Source: Candidatus Aquidulcis sp.
GTDB lineage: Bacteria; Chloroflexota; Anaerolineae; Anaerolineales; UBA4823
Direction of reading: 5' to 3'
DNA: 64,000 bases
NCBI GenBank assembly: GCA_020723385.1
Contig: DYIZ01000010.1
Span: 5,190 to 69,189, forward strand
This document shows, in pieces, positions 37,881 through 48,289 of the stretch. Every line of letters begins with the position of its first letter. The first letter of the stretch is position 1. The notes beneath the pieces were generated by a model. That model did no database searches. It saw only the letters and a list, made by a program, of their open reading frames with translations, and was not told the origin of the DNA. Position numbers and translations under genes: made by a program.

Positions 37881-40253
37881 TTAGAACCTTTCGTGCTCCG
37901 TGCGAGCGATAATCTCGTCTTGCAAAGCCTGGCTCAGATCGCAGAAATAATCACTATAGCCGGCTACACGCACTATTAACTCACGGTGCTGTTCGGGATG
38001 CCGTTGCGCTTCCCGCAGCGTGGCTGCATCCACCACGTTGAATTGGATGTGATGCCCATCGAGCTTGAAATACGTTCGTACAAGCTGCACCAGATGATCG
38101 AGTCCCTCGTCATTTTTAAGCAGTGAGGGTGTGAATTTCTGGTTGAGCAGAGTCCCGCCGGTGCGAGCGTGATCCATCTTGGCCGCGGAACGCAGCACCG
38201 CCGTCGGCCCGTGTCGGTCAGCACCCTGCACGGGTGAGATGCCCTCCGAGAGCGGCGTGCCTGCCCGACGCCCATCCGGCGTCGCCCCAATCACCGAGCC
38301 AAAATAAACGTGAACGGTCGTCGGCAGTAGATTAATATGATACTCGCCGCCTTTCATATTCTTGCGCCCGTCAATCGCCTGGAAATACATCTCGAACACC
38401 CGGCGCATCAGATCGTCGGCATAATCATCATCGTTGCCGAACTTGGGGGTTTTATTGAGCAGCATCTGGCGCTGGCGCTCGTGACCCTCGAAATCTGCCG
38501 CCAAAATCGCCAGCATCTCGTTCATCGCCAGCGTTTTCTGGTCGAAGACATGGTATTTCAGCGCCGCCAGCACGTCTGTGATCGTGCCCATCCCCACGCC
38601 CTGGATGTACGTCGAGTTATAGCGCGCCCCGCCTTCGTGGTAATCCTTGCCTTTGGCGATGCAATCATCGGTCAGCAGCGACAGGAAAGGCGCCGGCATA
38701 TAAGTCGCGTACAGCCGCTCGATGACGTTGTTGCCGCGAATTTTGATGTCGAGAAAATGGCGAATCTGCCGCTCAAAGGCCGCGAACAGCTCGTCGAACG
38801 ATTGGAATTGAGCGGGGTCGCCGGTCTCGATGCCGATCCTTCGCCCGGTGCGGGAATCCAACCCGTTGTGCAGGGTGATCTCCAGCACCTTGGGGATGTT
38901 GAAATACCCTGTGAGGATGTACGCCTCCTTGCCAAACGCCCCCACCTCCACACATCCCGATGAGCCGCCGCAGCGAGCATCCGCCACCGACTTGCCCATG
39001 CGCACCAATTCCTGCACAATCAAATCGGTATTGAACACCGACGGCTGCCCATAACCGGTGCGGATGATCTTCGCCGCCCGTTTGACGAAGCGGTCGGGGT
39101 TTTTCTTGCTCACCTGGATGGACGACGACGGCTGGAGCAGGCGCATCTCCTCGATCACATCCAGCAGAAGATAAGTCACCTCGTTGACCGCGTCCGAGCC
39201 GTCCGGGCGCACCCCGCCCAGGTTGATCTGGGCAAAATCGGTGTAGGTGCCGCTCTCGGCCGCGGTGACGCCCACCTTCGGCGGCGCAGGCTGGTTATTG
39301 AACTTGATCCAGAAGCAGTGCAGCAGCTCCTCGGCAAGACTTCGGAAGTCTTCGGAGACTTCCGAAGTCTGCATACCCTTTTGGTAGAACGGCTCGAGAT
39401 GCTGGTCGAGATGCCCGGGGCAGAACGAGTCCCACGTGTTCAACTCAGTGGTCACGCCCAAATGGACGAACCAGTAATATTGCAGCGCTTCCCAAAAGTC
39501 GCGCGGGGCGTGCGCCGGAACCCACTCACACACCGCGGCGATACGCTCAAGCTCGGATTTGCGCTGTGAATCATGCTCGACCGAAGCCAGCTCGCGCGCT
39601 TTTTCGGCGTGGCGTTCAGCGAAGCGCATCAGTGCGTCGGCGCAGATGTCCATCGCCCGCAATTCTTCCTGTTTGGCGTAGGCGTGGGGGTCGTTCAGGA
39701 AATCCAGTGAGCGCAGGCTGCGCTGGATGTCGGCTTTGAAGTCCAGCATCCCTTTGTGATAGATTTTGTCATCGAGCACGGTGTGACCTGGGGCGCGCTG
39801 CTCCATGAACTCGGTGAAGATGCCCGCCTCGTATGCGGCAATCCATTCGGGCGTCATCTCGTGAAAGAGCAGATCGCGCATTGAATGCCCTTCCCAGAAG
39901 GGAATGACAGTTTGCTCATAAGCGCGCCGCGTCTTGGGGCTGACTTTGAACGAGGTTTTCTCGCGCGTATCGAGGATGTCGAGATCGCTCAACGAGTGAC
40001 AGCACAGCTCAGGGTAAGTAGGAGCCACTTTCGGGGCTGGCCCTTTCTCGCCCACGATCAACTCCCCCTCGCCGATGTAAATCGTTTTATGCGCCATGAG
40101 GTGCTGGAACGCCAGGGCGCGGCGCACGGGCGTCGAAACGAGGCCCGAACCTTGCTGGTAGAACTCAGTGAGCAGCTCGGCGCGCTCGCTGGAGAGGCTC
40201 TCTCTGGCATCAAGCGATTGCTGGCGCAGCTTGCAGACACGATCAGTGGACAT
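37881..40253 (-). CDS. glycyl radical enzyme, PFL-like fold, single-Cys GCVE type (dehydratase/lyase clade; HypD-like size)
   Basis: ATG 40253 after GGAGG, giving 790 aa. Glycyl radical motif LIVRVAGYSDYF near the C-terminus. Thiyl loop GGSSGCVEVG (one Cys then Val-Glu, not the CC of PflB). TPDGRRAG block. Confidence 0.9.
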   Translation of the reverse strand: MSTDRVCKLRQQSLDARESLSSERAELLTEFYQQGSGLVSTPVRRALAFQHLMAHKTIYIGEGELIVGEKGPAPKVAPTYPELCCHSLSDLDILDTREKTSFKVSPKTRRAYEQTVIPFWEGHSMRDLLFHEMTPEWIAAYEAGIFTEFMEQRAPGHTVLDDKIYHKGMLDFKADIQRSLRSLDFLNDPHAYAKQEELRAMDICADALMRFAERHAEKARELASVEHDSQRKSELERIAAVCEWVPAHAPRDFWEALQYYWFVHLGVTTELNTWDSFCPGHLDQHLEPFYQKGMQTSEVSEDFRSLAEELLHCFWIKFNNQPAPPKVGVTAAESGTYTDFAQINLGGVRPDGSDAVNEVTYLLLDVIEEMRLLQPSSSIQVSKKNPDRFVKRAAKIIRTGYGQPSVFNTDLIVQELVRMGKSVADARCGGSSGCVEVGAFGKEAYILTGYFNIPKVLEITLHNGLDSRTGRRIGIETGDPAQFQSFDELFAAFERQIRHFLDIKIRGNNVIERLYATYMPAPFLSLLTDDCIAKGKDYHEGGARYNSTYIQGVGMGTITDVLAALKYHVFDQKTLAMNEMLAILAADFEGHERQRQMLLNKTPKFGNDDDYADDLMRRVFEMYFQAIDGRKNMKGGEYHINLLPTTVHVYFGSVIGATPDGRRAGTPLSEGISPVQGADRHGPTAVLRSAAKMDHARTGGTLLNQKFTPSLLKNDEGLDHLVQLVRTYFKLDGHHIQFNVVDAATLREAQRHPEQHRELIVRVAGYSDYFCDLSQALQDEIIARTEHERF

Positions 40254-40312
40254 AGGGAAACCTCCATAAAAAAGCGAAATCAATCACGAATCGAGCTTAT
40301 CCGAATATTCCT

Positions 40313-40362
40313 GGAGTGCGGACTTCAGTCCGCCAGCCTTTGCGGATTGAAATCCGCACTCC
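40313..40362. repeat. near-perfect 21-bp inverted repeat of the GAGTGCGG(A/G)CTTCAG(T/C)CCGC family between activase and GRE
   Basis: ggagtgcggacttcagtccgc (40313..40333), cagccttt, gcggattgaaatccgcactcc (40342..40362). Confidence 0.9.
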
Positions 40363-40365
40363 GGC

Positions 40366-41295
40366 TCATTTCACCTGCAACCCAAAACTACGCAGCCTCT
40401 CTGCAATCATCTGCATCCGCTCGCCCGAGGGCGCGACGGTCCCCGGCAGGCGATTGACTTTGCCCAGCCCGGAATATTTGCCGTCCGCCGAGGCGTGATA
40501 CGGCAGCAATTCGACTGGATGGCGGTGAGGCAGGCAAGTCAGAAATTCCCCGGTGCGGCGGATATTATCCTCGTCATCGTTGATTCCAGGGACAATAGGG
40601 ATGCGGATTGTAATGGCCTGGCCTGCTTTAGATAGCTTGCGTAAATTGGAGAGGATCAGCGCATTCGAGACACCGGTATAGCGGCGGTGCTTCTCATCGT
40701 CCATCAGCTTGAGATCGTACAGAAAGAGATCGGTATACGGTCGGATGCTTTCGATGACCGGCCAGGCGGTGAAACCGCTGGTATCTACGGTGGTGTGAAT
40801 CTCGCGGGTTTTACAGGCTCTCAGCAATTCGAGCAGGAACTCCCGCTGGAGCAGCGGCTCCCCGCCCGAAAAAGTCACCCCGCCCCCGGATTCATCGTAA
40901 AACGGGATGTCGCTGACAATTTCTGCCAAAACCTGGGCAACCGTCATCTCCCGCCCGGCGATCTCCCGTGCTTCTGCGTAGCACACTTCGGCGCACTCCC
41001 CACAAACCTGGCACAGCGTGCGATTGGTGACCGGCGGCGGGAGACCGTTGGCCGTTGACCGTTGACCGCCGAAAGCTGACCGCTGAAAGCTGATGGCTTC
41101 ATTTCGGCACTCAGCTACACACGCTTCGCAACCGATGCAGCGATTCTCGCGGAAAATCAATTCTGGCTGGGACGATTGGCTCTCGGGGTTGTGGCACCAC
41201 CAGCAATCAAGGGGGCAGCCTTTGAGAAACACGGTGGTGCGGATGCCCGGCCCGTCGTGAATGGCGTACCTGCGAATGTCGAAAACCATGCCCAT
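40366..41295 (-). CDS. glycyl radical enzyme activating enzyme (radical SAM, with two ferredoxin-like 4Fe-4S motifs)
   Basis: IHDGPGIRTTVFLKGCPLDCWWCHNPE (CX3CX2C) plus CIGCEACVAEC and CQVCGECAEVC. Start 41295 or 41289. Confidence 0.9.
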   Translation of the reverse strand: MGMVFDIRRYAIHDGPGIRTTVFLKGCPLDCWWCHNPESQSSQPELIFRENRCIGCEACVAECRNEAISFQRSAFGGQRSTANGLPPPVTNRTLCQVCGECAEVCYAEAREIAGREMTVAQVLAEIVSDIPFYDESGGGVTFSGGEPLLQREFLLELLRACKTREIHTTVDTSGFTAWPVIESIRPYTDLFLYDLKLMDDEKHRRYTGVSNALILSNLRKLSKAGQAITIRIPIVPGINDDEDNIRRTGEFLTCLPHRHPVELLPYHASADGKYSGLGKVNRLPGTVAPSGERMQMIAERLRSFGLQVK

Positions 41296-41344
41296 ATTTC
41301 GAATATACTCCCAACGCAATACGTTGTCAAATTAAATATACAAC

Positions 41345-41354
41345 TTGTATACAA
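41345..41354. promoter_or_regulatory. candidate GntR-family operator (perfect palindrome TTGTATACAA)
   Basis: ttgtatacaa lies in the AT-rich divergent spacer between the activase/GRE operon and the GntR gene. It fits the generic GntR/FadR operator shape GT-Nx-AC. Confidence 0.35.
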
Positions 41355-41420
41355 TCTTGTCTTGAATTTTATGCTTTTTGTGGTTTAATAAATCAAGAAA
41401 TCCTTCGGGTAAAGCAGACA

Positions 41421-41456
41421 ACATTCGTGTTATTCGTCCATTCGTGACATTCGTGA
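41421..41456. repeat. four CATTCGTG words upstream of the GntR start
   Basis: acattcgtg ttattcgt ccattcgtg acattcgtg aaaaa. Confidence 0.85.
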
Positions 41457-41478
41457 AAAAAGCACAAAGGAAACCGCC

Positions 41479-42126
41479 ATGTCCCCCACCCGCGAAAGCG
41501 ACCGCATCGAAACCGAGCTGCGCCGCTCGATCCTCAACCTCGAGTTAGAGCCGGGCGCGGCCATCAGCGAGGCCGGGTTGATGGCGCGCTACGGCTGGGG
41601 GCGCACCCCCTTGCGGGAGGCGTTTCAGCGCCTGGCAGAGCAGTCGCTGTTGCAGATCATTCCCCACCATGGCGTAGTGGTCACCGCTCTGAGCGTGTTC
41701 GATTTCGTCGAGATGATGGACGCCATGGGGTTGGTCATCGGCCCGGCGGCCTCGCTGGCGTGCAAACGGCTGACCGAGGATGATCTGACCCGCTTGGATG
41801 ATCTCACCGCCCGGATGGAAACCGCCGAGGCCAGCCAGGATTTCATCGCCGTGGCGGACCTGGATTACGAGTTCCACTGCATCCTCGCCGACGCCACCGG
41901 CAACCGCTATCTCGGAAAATACCTGCTGCACCTGCATCAGGTGGCCCGGCGGTTCAATTTTGCCGGTTGGAAACGCGACGGCGGCGCGCAGCAATCCATC
42001 ATCGAGCATCGCCAAATCGTCGAGACGCTGCGCCGCCGCGACCCGCAAGAGGCCAAAGTCGTCATGCTGGCCCACATCGAAAATGCGCGGGCGAGGGTAA
42101 TGGGAAGTGTGAATCCGGAAGTGTGA
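41479..42126 (+). CDS. GntR-family transcriptional regulator (FadR/FCD subfamily)
   Basis: N-terminal wHTH (LEPGAAISEAGLMARYGWGRTPLREAFQRLAEQSLLQI) and a C-terminal all-helical FCD-like domain (D..FH..L..A.GN.Y). Confidence 0.85.
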   Translation: MSPTRESDRIETELRRSILNLELEPGAAISEAGLMARYGWGRTPLREAFQRLAEQSLLQIIPHHGVVVTALSVFDFVEMMDAMGLVIGPAASLACKRLTEDDLTRLDDLTARMETAEASQDFIAVADLDYEFHCILADATGNRYLGKYLLHLHQVARRFNFAGWKRDGGAQQSIIEHRQIVETLRRRDPQEAKVVMLAHIENARARVMGSVNPEV

Positions 42127-42822
42127 CTACGATTTCGGCTCGTCCAGCCGGTTGATCGAGACGAACATCAGGTAAAACACCAGCAGGATGGCAGTAAACA
42201 TCAGCGTGAACCCCACAAACCGCAAGCCGTCCGACGGGTTGAGCAGGCTGCTGGCAAGCTCTTTTCCGAGCGTGATCGGGTGAAGGATGAAATCCCAGCT
42301 ATTGAAGCGTCCAAACCGCCCCAGGTAGATGCCAAAGCCGCCTAACCCTATCGCCACCATCGCAAACAGCCAGCCCACCGCCCCGCCCAGGTAGGCTTTG
42401 ACCGCCATCTGCATCGTACGCAGCGAGGCGATGGCCAGGAAACAGCCGGTGAAAGCGAAAATCGCAATCAACCCGATGTCGTACCACATCGGCACCGGCG
42501 GGCGATATTCGAGGTGATAGAAATCGGTCACAATGTAAGGCGCATTGGGATAGAACAACAACCACAACGCGCCGGGAAAAGGCAGCATCCACCAGCCTTT
42601 CGGGAACAACTTGTGCAGGGCGGCGGCAGTCGTGCTGAAACCGTAAGGCACCCAGGCCAAAACCAGGTTCCACATCAGGTTGCCGTAATTCCAATTACGG
42701 GCGTAGATCACCCTCACCCCGTAGAACCCCACCGCCAGCAATGAAGACAGCACCAGCGGATAGAGTGAGTGGTTGACCAAAAAACGGTGGAGCTTGCGCA
42801 AAGTGATCATCATAGGCCTCAT
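42127..42822 (-). CDS. DUF1361-family membrane protein
   Basis: NLVLAWVPYGFS and LFYPNAPYIVTDFYHL motifs in a polytopic protein. Start uncertain (42822/42813/42810). Confidence 0.6.
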   Translation of the reverse strand: MRPMMITLRKLHRFLVNHSLYPLVLSSLLAVGFYGVRVIYARNWNYGNLMWNLVLAWVPYGFSTTAAALHKLFPKGWWMLPFPGALWLLFYPNAPYIVTDFYHLEYRPPVPMWYDIGLIAIFAFTGCFLAIASLRTMQMAVKAYLGGAVGWLFAMVAIGLGGFGIYLGRFGRFNSWDFILHPITLGKELASSLLNPSDGLRFVGFTLMFTAILLVFYLMFVSINRLDEPKS

Positions 42823-42875
42823 TATACACAGAGATAATGATTCAGCGACTCGAACCGTGCTACAATAGTTCCGCA

Positions 42876-43766
42876 ATGACCCACTGGCAAAACTACCACC
42901 TCGCTCGATCCATCCCCGACGCGCTGCAAGCCCTCACCACCGCTCCTGGGCCGGCGCGCATCGTCGGCGGCGGCACCGACTTGCTGCTCGACCTCCAGCA
43001 AGGCCGCCATCCGCCAGTTCATACACTGGTGGATGTCACAGCGGTTCCCGAAATGACCGTCATCGAAATCCGCGCGGATCGTAGAGACGCCTCGGCGGGG
43101 CGTCTCTACATCGGCGCGGGCGTTACCCATTCCCAAATCGTCGCGTCCCCGTTCGTCGCTGCGCACGCCCAGGCGCTGATCGAGGCCTGCGGGTTGGTGG
43201 GCGGGCCGCAGGTGCGCAATACCGCCACCCTGGGCGGCAACGTGGCCCACGCCCTGCCCGCCGCAGATGGGGCGATTGCGCTGCTGGCGTTGAATGCGAC
43301 GGTGGAAATCGCCAGCCCGGAGGGTACGCGCCGCGCGCCGTTGATTGACCTCTACCGGGGGCCGGGCCGCTCCTCGCTCGAACCGCAGCGGGAGCTGCTC
43401 ACCGGGTTTTACCTGCCCTTGAGGGGGGGGCGCCAGGCTTCCGCATTCCGGCGGGTGATGCGCCCGCAAGGGGTGGCGCTACCCATCCTCAACATGGCCT
43501 GCTGGCTGGAACGGATTGGAGATGTCATCTCGGATGTGAGAATCGCCATCGGGCCGGCCTCCCCCCTGCCGGTACGCGCCAAATCAGCCGAATCCACCTT
43601 GCGCGGCAAATCCCCGGATTCAGAGACCCTCGCCGCTGCGTTGGCCGCCTTGTTATCCGAAGTCCATCTTCGCACCAGCCCGCATCGCGCCACCGCCGAA
43701 TACCGCCGCCATCTGTGCAGCGTCCTGCTCGAAGACACGCTCCAGTCAGCCTGGGAAAGGGCTTAA
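42876..43766 (+). CDS. FAD-binding subunit of the xanthine dehydrogenase / CO dehydrogenase (molybdo-hydroxylase) family
   Basis: Start ATG 42876 (MTHWQNYHL). ARIVGGGTDLLLDLQQGRH and TLGGNVAHALPAADG are typical of CoxM/XdhB-type FAD domains. Confidence 0.8.
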   Translation: MTHWQNYHLARSIPDALQALTTAPGPARIVGGGTDLLLDLQQGRHPPVHTLVDVTAVPEMTVIEIRADRRDASAGRLYIGAGVTHSQIVASPFVAAHAQALIEACGLVGGPQVRNTATLGGNVAHALPAADGAIALLALNATVEIASPEGTRRAPLIDLYRGPGRSSLEPQRELLTGFYLPLRGGRQASAFRRVMRPQGVALPILNMACWLERIGDVISDVRIAIGPASPLPVRAKSAESTLRGKSPDSETLAAALAALLSEVHLRTSPHRATAEYRRHLCSVLLEDTLQSAWERA

Positions 43767-43769
43767 CCC

Positions 43770-44555
43770 ATGACAACAATCGTCATCACCGGCTCCACGC
43801 GCGGCATAGGTTATGGCCTGGCCGAGGCGTTTCTCTCGCAAGGCTGCGCCGTCGTCATCAGCGGGCGCACCCGCGAAGCAGTAGACCAAGCCGTGGCGAC
43901 CCTCGCTGCAAAATTTGACCCGGTGCGCATCTTCGGCCACCCGTGTGACGTGACCGACTTTTCTCAGGTGCAGGCGCTGTGGGATACCGCTCACAGCCAT
44001 TTTGGGCGTATTGATATCTGGATCAACAACGCCGGCCTGTCACACCCACAGTTGAATTTCTGGAAACTGACCTCGGAGCAGATAAAAGAAGTTGTGAGCG
44101 CCAACCTGATCGGCGCCATGTACGGCTCGAAGGTGGCGCTGCACGGCATGTTGGCGCAAGGCTCTGGCGCGCTCTACAACATGGAGGGGCTGGGATCCGA
44201 CGGGCGGCAGGTAACCGGGATGACGCTGTATGGCAGCACAAAGTATGGGCTTCACTACCTGAACAAAGCCCTGGCGGTGGAGGCGCTCGATAAACCGGTG
44301 ATCGTGGGCATCATCCGGCCGGGGATGGTGATGACCGACCTGGTTACGAAACAATACGAAGGCAAACCCGAAGATTGGGCGCGGGTCAAGGGGATTTTTG
44401 CCATCATTGCCAGCCGCGTCGAAGATGTGACACCCTGGCTGGCGAAAAAGATTCTCGCCAACGACAAGTCCGGCGCGCAGATCAACTATCTAACCTTCGG
44501 CAAACTGTTGTTGCGCTTCCTCCTGGCCCCGTTTCGTAAGAGAGAACTCAAATAG
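43770..44555 (+). CDS. short-chain dehydrogenase/reductase (SDR)
   Basis: ITGSTRGIGYGLA (TGxxxGxG), NNAG, and the catalytic YGSTKYG (YxxxK). Confidence 0.85.
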   Translation: MTTIVITGSTRGIGYGLAEAFLSQGCAVVISGRTREAVDQAVATLAAKFDPVRIFGHPCDVTDFSQVQALWDTAHSHFGRIDIWINNAGLSHPQLNFWKLTSEQIKEVVSANLIGAMYGSKVALHGMLAQGSGALYNMEGLGSDGRQVTGMTLYGSTKYGLHYLNKALAVEALDKPVIVGIIRPGMVMTDLVTKQYEGKPEDWARVKGIFAIIASRVEDVTPWLAKKILANDKSGAQINYLTFGKLLLRFLLAPFRKRELK

Positions 44556-44594
44556 AGGGCTTACAGGTTTTGAAAACCTGTGAAGCCTGGAAAT

Positions 44595-44630
44595 AAAAAC
44601 CAGGGCGACCAATCGGTCGCCCTGGTTTTT
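44595..44630. terminator. bidirectional terminator between the SDR gene and maeB
   Basis: aaaaaccagggcgacc aatc ggtcgccctggttttt, preceded by a second hairpin at 44558..44587 (ggcttacaggtttt g aaaacctgtgaagcc). Confidence 0.7.
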
Positions 44631-44669
44631 CTGTTCACTGTTCACTGATAACCGATAACTGATTACAGG

Positions 44670-44679
<10 letters not shown>
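44631..44679. repeat. seven CTG(T/A)TNA heptamers overlapping the maeB stop
   Basis: ctgttca ctgttca ctgataa ccgataa ctgatta caggtca ctgatgc. Confidence 0.85.
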
Positions 44680-46928
<2,249 letters not shown>

Positions 46929-47147
46929 ACCGTTGACTCCTTTTGATTGGTTGAGACTCTTGCTCACCGGTTGTAGCCATCCGACCGGAGCAGAGTGGGG
47001 CAATTGGTTGCAGGGGCGATATTATCCCCAATGAAGTCGTTTCTATCTTGCCATATTATAGATCAATTCGATAGTGATACTTGTCACATAATCCGAATTC
47101 ATGTACACTGTTCTTGGAGCATACCTGGTTTTCGGTGGAAACGGCAA

Positions 47148-47180
47148 AGACTCCCGGGGTTTCCAAAACCCCGGGAGTCT
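47148..47180. repeat. 15-bp-stem palindrome of the GGTTT-loop-AAACC family
   Basis: agactcccggggttt cca aaaccccgggagtct. A near-identical core occurs at 50893..50927. Confidence 0.9.
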
Positions 47181-47329
47181 CAGTGGGTGAAAATTCTTGC
47201 TCACGCCGGATGAAAATCCGGCGGAACCGGGGACGCCGGTTGTTTTGCAACCGCTTCGTCCCCAAAGAACATAAAATATTCATCTTGAGTCTCTACACTT
47301 GGTTATTGGGACGATCTCGTAGGTTCGGC

Positions 47330-48289
47330 ATGGATAACTCTGGCGCGGCAGACACGAAACCGCACATTCTCTTCCGGCGTGCAGCCGTCTTCCCGACAGG
47401 TTTGATTTCCCTCGATATCGCCGTGGGGATAGGGGGAGTGCCGCGTGGCTACATCACCGAGATCTTCGGGGCCGAAGCGACTGGCAAAACATCGCTGTGC
47501 CTGAATCTCATCGCCCGCGCCCAACACGCTGGCACAACCTGCGCCTTTGTGGACACCGAACGCGCCCTCGATCCGGCTTACGCAAGCCAGTGCGGTGTGG
47601 ACGTAACCACCCTGCTGGTTTCCCAGCCCGAAACGGGTGAGGAAGCGTTGGAAATCGTCGCTCGGCTGGCGCGCTCGGGCGCGGTTGGGCTGGCAGCGGT
47701 AGATTCGGCGGCGGCCCTAGCCCCAAAGGCTGAAGTGAATGGCCGTTTGGGGGAAACTGCGGGAACCGCCCAGGTTAAACTACTCTCGACGGCGCTCCAC
47801 AAACTCGACGCCGCCGCCCGCCAATCGGGCATGGCGATCGTGTTCACCAATCAGACGCGCCAGATGGCCGGAGCGAATTTTGGGGTGGCTTCGACAACCC
47901 CCGGCGGGCTGGCGCTCAAGGCTCAAGCCGCGCTGCGGGTGGCGCTTTCCCCTGGGGAGGCGATTCAAATGGGGTCAGCGATCCTCGGCAGCCGCATCCA
48001 CGCCCGGGTGGTGAAGAATAAACTTGCGCCCCCTTTTTCCACCACAGATTTCAATATCATGTATAATGGTGGTATAGACATACAAGAAGATTTGCTAAAA
48101 GTCGGGCTTCGGCTTGGCTTGATTAACAAACGAGGTTCGTTGTTCTGTATTGGCGAGCAGATGCTGGGCCAGGGACGCCATGAGGCGGCTCTTGCTCTCT
48201 ATCGAACGCCGGAATTGGCGGATAAGCTCGACCAGCAGATACGACAGCTTGCTCTTCCCGCTTCACTCATGCCGGTTGAAGGCGGCTGA
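47330..48289 (+). CDS. recA: divergent RecA-like recombinase lacking the canonical N-terminal helix/strand domain
   Basis: 319 aa from ATG 47330. Aligned by eye to E. coli RecA from residue ~38 onward: FPTGLISLDIAVGIGGVPRGYITEIFGAEATGKTS (Walker A), FVDTERALDP, LAAVDSAAAL (Walker B), FTNQTRQMAGANFG..TTPGG (L2), RVVKNKLAPPF, and the C-terminal domain. The in-frame upstream sequence has no QIEKQFGKGSIM-like segment. Confidence 0.8.
   Translation: MDNSGAADTKPHILFRRAAVFPTGLISLDIAVGIGGVPRGYITEIFGAEATGKTSLCLNLIARAQHAGTTCAFVDTERALDPAYASQCGVDVTTLLVSQPETGEEALEIVARLARSGAVGLAAVDSAAALAPKAEVNGRLGETAGTAQVKLLSTALHKLDAAARQSGMAIVFTNQTRQMAGANFGVASTTPGGLALKAQAALRVALSPGEAIQMGSAILGSRIHARVVKNKLAPPFSTTDFNIMYNGGIDIQEDLLKVGLRLGLINKRGSLFCIGEQMLGQGRHEAALALYRTPELADKLDQQIRQLALPASLMPVEGG

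Noticed and set aside
37881-40253. Calling the glycyl radical enzyme pyruvate formate-lyase (pflB).
   Set aside because: The thiyl-radical loop is GCVE (single Cys followed by Glu), not the adjacent Cys-Cys of PflB, and there is no formate-channel or acetate-kinase context. I also did not assign hypD, because that rests only on size and my memory of the family.
47267-47281. Possible LexA (Cheo-type) box upstream of the recA-like gene: gaacataaaatattc.
   Set aside because: It is GAAC-N8-TTC, not the GAAC-N4-GTTC spacing. There is a single half-site-quality match only, so it is not supportable.
47081-47329. Upstream in-frame extension of the recA-like ORF (TTG 47081) as the missing RecA N-terminal domain.
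   Set aside because: The translated extension (..TAKTPGVSKTPGVSVGENSCSRRMKIRRNRGRR..) has no similarity to the RecA N-terminus and is encoded by a family palindrome and hairpins. The other two frames are closed by stops.
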